In this document: one piece after another, positions 12,001-24,000 of the stretch
How positions within the stretch are numbered: the stretch's first letter is position 1
Layout of the letters: each line of letters starts with the position of its first letter
Source of the DNA: Nageia nagi
Lineage: Eukaryota > Plantae > Pinophyta
Direction: 5' to 3'
Length of the DNA stretch: 64,000 nucleotides
Assembly (NCBI GenBank): GCA_050084985.1
Contig: JBITNC010000002.1
Location: 31,248,001 to 31,312,000 of the forward strand
Position numbers and translations under genes: made by a program
Notes under the pieces: model-generated
Told to the model about the DNA's origin: nothing
The model's input: the letters and a program-made list of their open reading frames with translations, nothing else
Databases searched by the model: none

Positions 12001-15000
12001 ATGGAAGGAGATGATGATTCATGTTGATTATAAGCCATTATGGTATTTGCAAACTCAATCGAAGCGGCAACAACAAAGGCACTTTAGATGGATGGGGTTC
12101 TACAACAATTCCATCTGATCATAAAATACAAGAAAGGCAACACCAATAAAATTGCTTACATGTTTTCCAGACCTCCAATTGTAGAAGCAACAGCCCTAAC
12201 ACCCTTTTCCTATGAAACTACAACGCTCGTGTCGTTCATGTAATATAATTTGACTTCTCTAACTATCATGAAATTTTTTCAATTTGTCTTTGAGGCATTT
12301 CCTGAGGTCATATATGCAGGATGAAGACTTTGGAGAGGCGTACCAGAAGCTGAAACAATCATCTACATCAAATAGTGAAGGTATGGATGAATTTCTCTAT
12401 AAGTGTAATGCTTTATGTGTTACTGAAGGAGAGAGAATTCAATTGATCAAAGAGCTCATAAAAAATTGGACATTTTGGGGTTGGTAAGACAATTGCAAAT
12501 CTACAAGTGTATGTATATTGGCCTAAGATGCAAGAGCAAGTTGCCAAGTATAGAAGAGGATGTGTGATTTGTTGCACTAGCAAACCTAGCAATAGGAAAT
12601 TGGGCTTGTATCAACCACTTCCAAATCCTAATCATCCTTGGGAGAGTATTTCAATGGATTTTGTAGGTTGATTACCTATGTCTAAGAAGGGGCATGACTA
12701 TTTATTTGTGATTGTTGATAGATTTAGCAAGATGTGTGTTCTAATTCCATGAAAGAAGACTATAACGAATCAAAAAGTTGTAGAACTTTTCTTTTCTCAT
12801 GTGTGGGTTCATTTTGGTTTACCTAATTCTATTATTTCGGATAAAGATTCCAGATTTTTGGGTAAATTTGGACTTGTTTGTGGTATAAGATGGACACGAG
12901 GCTGAAAAGAAGCATAGATTTTCATCCTCAAACGGATGGATAAACTGAAGTGGTGAATAGAATAGTAGCTCAATTGTTGAGGGGTTATTGTGGCAAGCAT
13001 CCAAAGTCTTGTAATGAGTATCTTGTGTTTATTCAGCATTCTTACAATAGGGCAATTCATTCATCTACAAATAAAACTCCATTTGAAACCTATTAAGGGT
13101 ATTTACCTCCATCTCCTTTTGATTGTGCTTTTGGGCAGGAAAAGGATAATGATGTTTCAGTTGTGAAAGAAAAAGAATAGGCTGAATTTTTCATCAATAA
13201 ATTAAGGCAAATTCATACGAAAGTCCAAAAGCAACTCCAAGCAAGCCAATCCAAGTACAAATTGAGACATGACAAGCATAGAGTTGACCACAAGTTTGAA
13301 GTGGGAGATCATGTTTGGTTGCATCTCAGTAAGGATAGGTTGCAAGGATCAGTGAAGAAGCTTAAATCAATAAGGCATGTACCATTTCCTATTGTGGAAC
13401 AAGTGACAATGCATTTATATTAGATCTACCTACCTACATGAATATCTATCAATCGTGAATGTGGAGAACTTGAAGTTGTTTGAGCCATCCATGTTAACTG
13501 AAGAAGAGCAAGGAATAAGTCAGGTTTTGCCATCAATTGATGACTTGTCTCCAAATACAATGAATGAGCATGGAGATGATTTAATTTTGGAAAAGAAGGT
13601 TCATGCTACTAGAATAGGTGAGTAAGAAATATGATTGATTGGGTTGAAGGGACAAATGCCTACTAAAGCTAAGTGGTATGACAAAGATAAGGTGGGGTAC
13701 TCGTTTCCTCATCTTCTCCATACTTAAGCATTTGTGGGACTAAATGCCTTTCCCATGAGGTAGGCGTGATCCGAAATGGGTCAATTCGGAAGTTTGATCA
13801 TCCATGAGAAAAGGTTAATGCCCCAGGAATCTCTATGCTCGGAATCAAATATACTCCATCAATTTTGATGATCTAGATCAGCAAGGTAAACACCGTTGGC
13901 ATCATTTGAAGCCTATAGGAAGGGTGTTGATGTCGTTCTGTCTAAGGATCTAAAGCGAGAAATTGAACGGTCAAGGTCGTTTCAATTACCCATGTTCGTT
14001 TTGGAAGTTGCACGATCGGTTGGAAGCAGTTCAATGTTGGTTCAAGGTTATTTCTCCTAGTTGATTCCATTGTTGAAAGTTGTTGATGTTGTTACTTTTG
14101 TTGGCACCATTGTGATTGTTGTTGATAGGATTTTGTGACTCCATTGATCATATTCTGAAGGTTAGAGTGTTGCAGAAATGAGGAGGCTTCTAGATTGTTG
14201 TATTGTAGTACTTACTCCATATTCTTGCATATTTGTAATGCTATGCTGGCCAATAATTTCAAAGCACCCATTAAACTGGATGTACTCTCACACTGAGAGG
14301 AACCGGTATAGTTTTTGAGAGGAACCGGTATAATTTTTGTGTCTCATCTATCTATGTGTATGCATTTTTACTACTGTATTTCAGTTCTAATTTACAGTAT
14401 TATGCTAAATACATATGAAATATTGTATGAGCAATACAAGTTGTTAAATCTATATTTGAAGATCTAAGTAAGCCATAGGCTTCTGATGATTACAGATCAG
14501 ATGCAATTTTTTAATCCAATTTATAGCTAAGAGATGTCTTTTACTTGCAGAGGATGACTACCTAAAAGGAATTAAAACATTTTAATCTTAAATGATAACA
14601 GCATTTTTGGTGGAAAAATCTCTCAGACTTACCATAATAGATACTTTGTAAGAACCATTCTGTTACCAAAAATAATTAAAAATACTTCAAACAAATTCCA
14701 AAGAGAATTCATTTTATAGTTGGTCCAAGGGTGCAAATAACACCAAATACCAGATCTCTTCTCTGCTTCCATTATGCCCTCTCCTGCCAATTCATCTCAA
14801 AGATGGCTTCCACAAGAATGGGAAAAACGTAGATGTTCTTTAGAAGGTAAGCGAATTTTGTCTTGGAAAAAACATATGCCAACTCTACCTGAATGTCCAT
14901 TTCTATTTTTTACCCCCGACAATTTTATAAGCTAAAAAAGTTAAGTATAACGAATGTTTTATGTGGATTAAGCTGCTAAAATGTTGATAATGAGTTGCAA

Positions 15001-18000
15001 ACCTTATCAAATGTTAAAAAACATTAATATCATTATGCATGTGTGGACATGTACAGCTGCACTGTATCTTACACATTCTTTTGGTTTCGCTTTACTAGAA
15101 AAAACTGACTGGTAATAAAATGACATACTGAAATAAAATTTAATTATTTCATTCTAGGGATGAAGAATCTAAATTGGTAAGTGTAATGCATGCCCAAGTT
15201 GTTGATAGGGCATAGTGCATACAAACCCTGTAGTTGTATTCCTTTATTTAATCAAATGCATAAGATCTATTTTCCACCTTTATGATAAGAAGTAGCATTG
15301 CACATTGGCTAGTATTATTTTAGAAGAATATGATAACACAAAGACCTTATATGATATAGAAGCACATTGTTGCTATCAATAGACATGGATATGACAGCAG
15401 GTTCTGGCAAATTGCTGCTTCTGAAAATCCTCTTTATATGTAGATATTACAGCAGGTTCTTGACCATGGTAGTCTAACAGCATATTAGAAATGATGTCTG
15501 GATTTTAGAAAAGTTTGATTTGTTTATCTTATTAAGTCTACTCCAGTAACTGTTATAACACATCAATATGTCAAATTTTGAATTCATTTCTATTGATGCA
15601 TTTAAATTGTTTTTTCTCAAATGGCTTCATTACTGCTTTAAATTTCATATTTCAGTTAATAAAGCTTCTAAGTTGGTGAAATACAAATAGTAATACTATG
15701 TTTTCACTTTTAGAAATCCTTCACTTAAATCAACTTTTAATGTGAAAGGAAATTTTCATAGATCTTTGGGAAGTCATTTGAGCAAAAACAATTTAAATTC
15801 ATCAATAGGACGATATAGCATACAGAAGGTTACTTTGTTCAATGCTTCAATGATTTGTCATTGATTAATAATCCTTTTATACAAAAAACATCTTATTTTA
15901 GACTTAACAACTCCAACAACCAGCCAGCTCTAATAACTTTGATATATCCCCTACAAAAATAGTTAGAATCCCAACTTACTAACTCTTTGCTGTGCACCTA
16001 AGTGAGTGGTTTCAACAACTCAATTTATTAATCACACTTTATGATGTAATAAATCCTAGCATTTCCCCCTCTGTTACATTACGATCCTAACATGCGTAGG
16101 GATTTTTAAAACAGTACAAATAACCATATGATAAACTAAGACAGACACAATACTTCATCAAGTATACTTAGGATATGAATAGGGACACTTATTTAATAGC
16201 ATCAAACAATAATGGGAATGGCCTACTATGCTTCTTTAGTGAGAATAGCCTCACTGGACACTTAACCACAGATAGAGATACACTCAGCTATCCATGATTC
16301 TTCAACACAACTGGATAAGGACAAACACTAGCCAACATCAACATTGTAAACAGGGACACCCACTTCTATTCACAACAATTAAGACTAGGGACACACATCC
16401 AATCATAATCAACAATTGTGATTAGAGACAAACATAACTAATCACATCCATCATCTTGTGAATGGGGATAAATACAACAATTCACAATAAATGTGGCATG
16501 GGCCTCCACTTAATACATCAAAAACTATTTTAGTTAGACTTACGAACACATTGAAAAACCCTTGTGAATAGGGACACACACAACTATTTACAAGGACTAG
16601 ACTTTTGATCAATTTAGTAAACATATTCCTCCTCTGTATCCTCGCGGGGAGAGTCTATCCTTGTAGGGAGAGTCTTCTTCATCTTCAATATTTGTATTTC
16701 ATTTTGTAATTCCATCTACATCAAATGGCTTTGGTGTAGTTCCATTTACGACATCCCAAAATTCCTTTTCAATTAGAAGCAACTGAAGCTTAACTTGCTA
16801 CGTATGGAAATTTCATTCTTCGAACTTCTAAGTTGCCACAGTCTTGTCCATGCTTAAAAATTTACCCCCTCCTTAATAAAAAAACTATACTTTGACAAAA
16901 AAAAACCTTATTTGTTTGCATACTTTTACAACCCCTTCTTGACTCAAAGTATGATTTAGTTATAGTCAAATAACACTTTACTATGACTTGATAATAATAA
17001 AATACCAAACCTTATTTAAACATTTTCGAGGTATCTTCACTTCAAAAGGGGGTAAAGTCTATTCATTCCCATGAGATGGGTAAGCATGATTCCCTACTAA
17101 AAACCCAGCAGTTTGAAGAACAAGGGCTCAACTAAATGACGTGGTCTCATAACGAGAACAAGGTTCTAGTGCACGCCAACTTCTCATTGTTCATCCATGC
17201 AAAATATGATTCAATAGGCCACACAAGCAAGTCGGTAAAAATAAAGTGGAGAGATTTTAATCCTTTTAGGTGCTTTGAGAAGTAAGAATTGCACATACAA
17301 TGGTATGTTAATATGCCAATGCCTCCATCAGCTTCACATCCCAATGGAAGATTGATAACATGCAATCTCATTTTCAAAAATCTACAAAGAATCTTGAACA
17401 CTCTTTCTCCTTTAATGAGATGGTTGTAGATTATTGTCTCCATGTTAAATGGTATTTAGAGCATGGTCGTGTATAATCTCACCAGATCGTGGTCTGTGTA
17501 GCGAAGAATGTTGCTTGTCAAATTTGGATGGTTCCAGATTTGTTGTAGCTCAATTACAATAATTTCAGTGAGGATGCTTCCGGATTACAAAAGATATTCC
17601 GATGTGCAACAGATGGTCACATTCATCACCTTCAAAACACTCAAACTTTTAATAATGATCCTTTGTGCAAGGTGTGATTGCTTGACTCAATTGTTCTGCT
17701 CTTTAAGTTGCTCAAAACGCTATCTAGAACAACTTTCAGATTTCAAAATGATTTCCTAAATCTCTGGCAATCTATCTGTGAAATTCTAGATTGAATATGT
17801 TACCTGTTCTGATCTACACCAATGTAAAATACAGAATACAATCTTATCTAAGACAACATAGCTAGAAAATGATTACCATTCCTAGGGCAGCCCAGCAAAT
17901 AAAATTGCCCTTAGGCAGTCATCAAAAAATCTCTCCTGCTTTGATACGACTGTCAAATGCTTCAATGATTTTCCATTGATTGATAATCCTTTTATAAAAA

Positions 18001-21000
18001 CAAACATCTTATTTAAGACTTAACAACTCAACAACTGACTCTAACAATTTGTCTACATCCCCTAATAAAATAATGAGAATGCCAACTTACTGCCTCTTTG
18101 CTGGACACCTACATGATTAAGTAAGGTGTCATTAATTAATAGAACTGTATTAATCACACCTTATGATGTAACAAATCCTAACATACTTCTCGTTCTTACT
18201 CTATTTCATCCTGTCACTGACCATCCATGTCTGACTGCGTCTGTCGGAGAAGTTACACCTTCCAAAGGCTTTATCATTTCATGTTCAAGTTCTTCCACTG
18301 GCAGTGAAAAGGATTTGTAGGGAAGCTAAACCATCTCAAATATCTTAAACTCGAGGTACTCTCCTCCACATTTGTCTTTCCCTATAAAACCCTAACACAA
18401 CCAGTCATGCTCAAAGTCCACATTGCAAGGAAAAAGAATTGGTTTGCTTGACTTGACTAATGTTTGCATTTGATGTAGAAACTGCTGGACATCCACTAAT
18501 TGTTGAACTCTGAAGACATGAAGGTCCTTTTCATAGGCTTCCAAGGGAAGTGAAAAACATAAATAATACAACTGTGGATGCATTTTCTCCAGGCTGAGTC
18601 ACGATTAACAGCTCCTAGCATCCAGCTGGCACAGTTGCAAATCTATGTAAGGTTATTTTTGTTTTATTTGAGGTTTATGTTGTGCTTGCACAACATGCCC
18701 CAAAATTTCAAAATTTTGAGGACCCTATTTTGGCCAGAATTGTTTTGAAGGCACGAGTTGAGGTGTTTGGAAAAGGTGTCAAGATCCAAGCCAAGACCAG
18801 TTTGTGGAGAGCAAAGAGGCAAATTCACACTGTTTCAAGGTCTTACAAGGGTCAAGGATCAAATTCGCACCATTTTGGGGTCTTACAAGCCATAAGGAAT
18901 AAATTCGCATCTCAAGAGGATCTTAAAATGGTCAAAAGACAATTTCACATCTCATGGGGGTCTTATAGGGCTAAAAAGTCAAATTCGCAGATCCTTGACA
19001 TCTTAAAATTGTAATACTTGTTTCAGATGCGAAACTGGAAAGGGCACACAATCTCAGAGGCTTAAAATTGTAAGATGTGTTTTAGGTGCGAAATGCATAA
19101 AGATGCACCTCTTTAAGGTCTTCAAATTGTAAGATCTTGTTTTAATGCAAATATGACCCATTATGCATCATTTTGGGTCTTAAAAATGTGAAATTAGGGT
19201 GAAAGATGAAAATTGAGCTTAAGTGAAGCAGTTTTTAGATGTTTAAAAGCTCAAGAAAGGATTTTGCACCATTCTAAAGATGTACAAGGCAAAATGAATA
19301 AATTCGCACCTTATCAAGGTCTTAAAAAAAAAGTAAGATGCTATTTTGGTGCTAAATGCACTAAGTAGCACCATTTTAAAGGCTTAAAAGTTTAAGAGTT
19401 CTTGAGGTGTGAGTTCCCTCTAGTCGCATCATTTTGAAGGCTTAAAAGTTTAATGATTTTTTGAGGTGTGAGTTCCCTCTAGTTGCACCATTTTGAAGGC
19501 TTAAAATTTTTAAGATTTTTCGAGGTGCGAGTTCCCTGTAGTCACACCATTTTGAAGGCTTAAAAGTTTAAGATTTTTTGAGGTGCAAATTCCCTCTAGT
19601 CGCACCATTTTGAAGGCTTAAAAGTTTTAAGATTTTTTGATGTGCCAATTCCCTCTAGTCACACCATTTTGAAGGCTTAAAAGTTTAAGATTTTTTGAGG
19701 TTCGAATTCCCTTTCGTTGCACCATTTTTAAGGCCTAAAAGGTTAAGAGTTTTTGACGTGTGAATTCCCCCTAGTCGCACCATTTTGAAGGCTTAAAAAG
19801 TTGAGATTTTTTGAGGTGCAAATTCCCTCTAGTCACACCATTTGGAGCCCTTAAAACTTTAAAACTTTTTGAGGTGCGACTAGCCCATGTGAAAACCCCC
19901 TTTTTTAAGATATAAAGCTTGGTGTTGGCTGACCAACTCAACCAATCATGAGCCAACACCTTTCCAGAGTAGAGGAAAAGCCCATAAATATGTGCCCAAA
20001 TCTCATTGCTGCACCATTCTCCCAGTTTCTTCCAGTCGCATCAAACCCAAGACTTAAACACACATTCCCAATCACACCAAAAAGGAGCCTTAAGATCCTA
20101 ACCCCTCTTTTTGGTGTGAAAATAAAAATCTCCACTTCAGGTGCAAAAACTCAAAATCATCCTTGTCCATTTCGCAACATTTTCATGCTTTAAAACCATA
20201 AGATCTTGTTTTGGTGCGAAAAACATAAAGGCCTCTTTCCCATTTTTCACCATTTCATGATCTTAAAATCTTAAGACTCCTAGGTGCAAAGATCAACCTC
20301 CCAGTTTGCATGTCGCATCAAAGATAAGTCTTAAAAACTAAATCCTTCTTTGTGGTGCAAAAAGGCCAAAACCCCCCTCTCCAAGTCACCTTTATCTTGT
20401 CTTAAAATTTTAGGACACTTCTTAGGTGCGCACAACCAAAGCATCCTTTTCTCCAGTCGCACCATTTCACTGTCTTAAAAATTTAACATCCAATTTGGTG
20501 CAAAAATCTAGAAGAGCCATTTGAAGCCCCAAAACAGTATCCTAGTGAAGATCATCCACCCAAAATTGGTCCAAACTAACTTTGCTTGTTTGTTCCAGCA
20601 AGTATTCTTTCAAACCAAGGATGAATTCTTCCAAAACAAAGGCTATTAGAGAGACAAAATCTATGAAGATTAAAACCATAGACCAAAGGGGAGAAGTTGA
20701 TTTGAAAAACTTCATCAAAAACGATAGAATAGAGAGAGACAAAGATACGATCACAAGAAAAGCTTAAAAACTAGATTAATGGACTTGTCAATATTCCAAA
20801 CCAAAATCTTGCCAAAAGCAATCAAACGAAGAAAATGCCCAAGGCTCTGGACGACTCCATGGTGGTCTTCCACCATGACATAAAAGCGCTCAAAGGTGGT
20901 GCAAACTGTTAGACACCTAATCCTTAGGGATTATGGTAAATATAATATAGTAGTAGTTATTTACCATATTTAGTAAATTCATAGCTAAGTGTGTGGTAAA

Positions 21001-24000
21001 ATTCAAAGTGTCATTTGTAGAAGAATATGAAGAGTTGCATTGTATCTCAAGGGTCAAACAAGAAGGTGAATGTGAAGAGTTAATGTTCTTGTGTATTAAG
21101 GCATTATTCCAACTTAATACAATGCTTTTTGACCTTGGAGTTATCCGGTTTGGCATTGGTATCTGAGCTATGAGGTTTTCATTCTCTAACTCCATGAAAT
21201 TGATAAAAAAATGTTGCCAAAATTCTGTCCCAAAACTTTGCTCCCATTTTTCTCTAAAACTGTGATTTGGTTTTTGGTTTTTGTATGAGGTGATTTGGTG
21301 AAGAAATGGCGAAGTTATCAAAGTTTGAAGTTTTCAATTGTGTAAGTGTTTTGTGACCGAGTTTTTTTAGCAATTTTGTTTAGAAAGTTCGATGGTTTTG
21401 CATTTTAAATTTCGTAGTTTTGGAAAAAGTGGTAGTTTTGTTGTTGTTTTAGAAAGGAGAACAAAAAAAGGTGGAAAGTGCTAATTTAATCCCTACAAGT
21501 AAAATCCGTTTCCAATTTTTTAAAACTGGCCTCTTGCATTATACCATACGCCTCCCTGTAGCTGTTTAACCCCGCGTGTTAATCTTTACTTGCACGCCGT
21601 CCTTGACCCATCAGTTGCCATTCAACCACCCGACCTCACCATTGTTTTCTTCCTCCGCCATTGTTTAGAAAGGAGAATAAAAAAAGGTGGAAAGTGCTAA
21701 TTTAATCCCTACAAGTAAAATCCGTTTCCAATTTTTTAAAACTGGCCCCGTGCGTTATACCATACGCCTCCCTGTAGCTGTTTAACCCCGCGTGTTAATC
21801 TTTACTTGCACGCCGTCCTTGACCCATCAGTTGCCATTCAACCAACCGACCTCACCATTGTTTTCTTCCTCCGCCATTGTTTTGACACTACCCATGCAAA
21901 CAAGTAGCACCAAACTCCAACATGCACGCCTCTATCCACCCGCTCGACCCTCCGACTCCCAACACAGGCTCAACCCTCTGACTCCGTCTCCCAGCAGACA
22001 CGACCCACACTCTGTCTCCCAACACTCTCCGTCTCCTAGCAGACACGACCCCACACTCTGTCTCCCAACACTCTAACTCCATCTCCCAACACGGACCCAG
22101 CAAACACAACACCACATCAAGTTTGACATGCCGTTTTCCTTGCCCGATCTGAAACTGTACCCGACGTTTTTTTCACACAGGCCCGTTACTGTTGATCATT
22201 TCAAATTGCATGCACCATTTTTGACACAAAGCACACCCCACGTCTAACAAGCCTAGTGTTTTTATTTGCCCCCATCAAAACGGTCTCCAGAGTGTGACAC
22301 ATGGCATTTCAGGTGAAACTCTGTTCAGACAGTACAATCAACAAAATTGACCTGCCCAATCAGCATTTAATCTATTTTTTGGGGTAATTTCGAATTTTGA
22401 AGACATTTTTGACCATAACTTGGTGAAACGAACTCCATTTTCAGTGATTTTTTTTGTTGAGTCTAGAATTCAATTCAGATTTCAATTATGTAAGTTGATG
22501 GATATTGTTTTTAGCGTGCAATCAAAAAATATATTGGCAAAGATGGTATGACATTTGATTCTGATTTTGGTGAATTTGGCATAATTGAAGGATTTAGCAC
22601 TTTAGAGCATTGTGTCACAATTGAAGCTGAAAAAATTAAATCAAGAGTTGGAAACAGTTATTTGGTTGAGGATAACGAATACCAAGATGATGTTGTTGAA
22701 TTTTCCGATGCTACTTCTACTTCCGCTATGCCATCTCGTAACATGCCTCCTAGAAAAAATCCTCCTTGTAAGAGGAGATGTGTGATGTAATAAATCTCTT
22801 TTGAGATCCTATTCTTTTTGCATTTTTAGTGTGGTGTGAGCAAAAAGAAATTTTCGTTTTGTGGATGTTGTTTTTTGGAAAAGTGTGTGCAATTTTTGAA
22901 TTGCAAAAGTTTGAAAAGCAAAACAAATAAAGTTTGAAGTTTCTATTACAAAGATGCATTCTCTTGTGAGTATTGTTGGTGTTGTATTAACTGGAAAAGA
23001 TAATTGGCCAGAGTGGTCTAGAAAAATTAAACATACCTTGATTTTCAATGATTTGTGGGTTGGTGTGTTTGATGGTGATAATCAACCTACCAAACTGATT
23101 GATGTCAAGGAGCTTGCGGTTTGGAACATGAAAAACAGTAAGGCATATGACGAGTTACATTGTATCTCAAGGGTCACCCAAGAAGGTGAATGTGAAGAGT
23201 CAATGTTTTTGTGTATTAAGGCATTATTCCAACTTAAAACAATGCTTTTTAATAATGGAGTTATTCGGCCTGACACAAGCAAGGTTAAAGATTTTATGAA
23301 GGAAGATCCAAATTACTACTCTCTTCGAGGCACTAAGAGCAAATGAAGGAAGCCAAAGATTTTGTTTCAAAATGTTGTTTGTTTTAAGAGATTTTTGATA
23401 TTTCCTTAGCTTATTTTCTTGTGAGGAAGAATTTTTACTCCCACAAATAAAATATAATTTCAATATAATTTCACTTCCATTTCATTTGCATTAGGGCAAC
23501 ACTAGCCAATTATGCCTTGAAAAACTAAAAATACCCTTTATGGAAGATTTTGTAGATAGAATAGAATAAATAGGAGCAAGGAGGAGCAAGCTTTATGAAA
23601 GCAATGCAAAGGAGGATTTGTCGTCTTTGGGGATATGAATGTCATGATTGAAACTTGTTTCATTGCATGATGTGATCTAAATGCTTGTGTTCATTCTCTT
23701 GAAAACTCTAAATTTTAGAGAAGCCAATTGAATATAATTCGAAGTGCTTAAATGCTTTTTCTTTCATATCTTGCATGTAAAGTGATTGTATTATGAACAT
23801 GTTTACTTTCTATGACATATAATAGAACTTTTTCATTTAAATCGCATGATATTTGCATTTGTTACGTCTTCATCCCCCATGGGGTGATTCTTAGGAATCG
23901 AATTGGCACTTGCTCTTATTTGTATAGCAATTCGAATGATGGTTGTTTGCTTACAAAATTGAGGAATAGACGAAAGATTATAGACAAACCCCGAAAGCAA

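Larger units (their letters stand above)
6692..14499 (+). mobile_element. Decayed Ty3/gypsy element, CRM-like lineage, interrupted by nested insertions
   Basis: 5' LTR fragment 6692-~7097 matches 13825-~14308. Protease region at 7100-7346 resumes at 10421. RT (VIYLDDILVYS), RNase H (IETDASKYAMG), integrase (PWESISMDFV), pol stop at 13727. 3' LTR 13767-14499 is TGATC...GATCA. CRM call is inferred from TGAT..ATCA ends and the protease motif. Confidence 0.88.

Noticed and set aside
16135-16600. CRISPR array call for the motif-plus-spacer array
   Set aside because: Motif is short and degenerate, spacing irregular, eukaryotic retroelement context; kept only as a motif-array finding
19368-19883. 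CRISPR-like appearance of palindromic repeats
   Set aside because: Units are contiguous tandem copies without unique spacers, inside a plant LTR, with no cas genes
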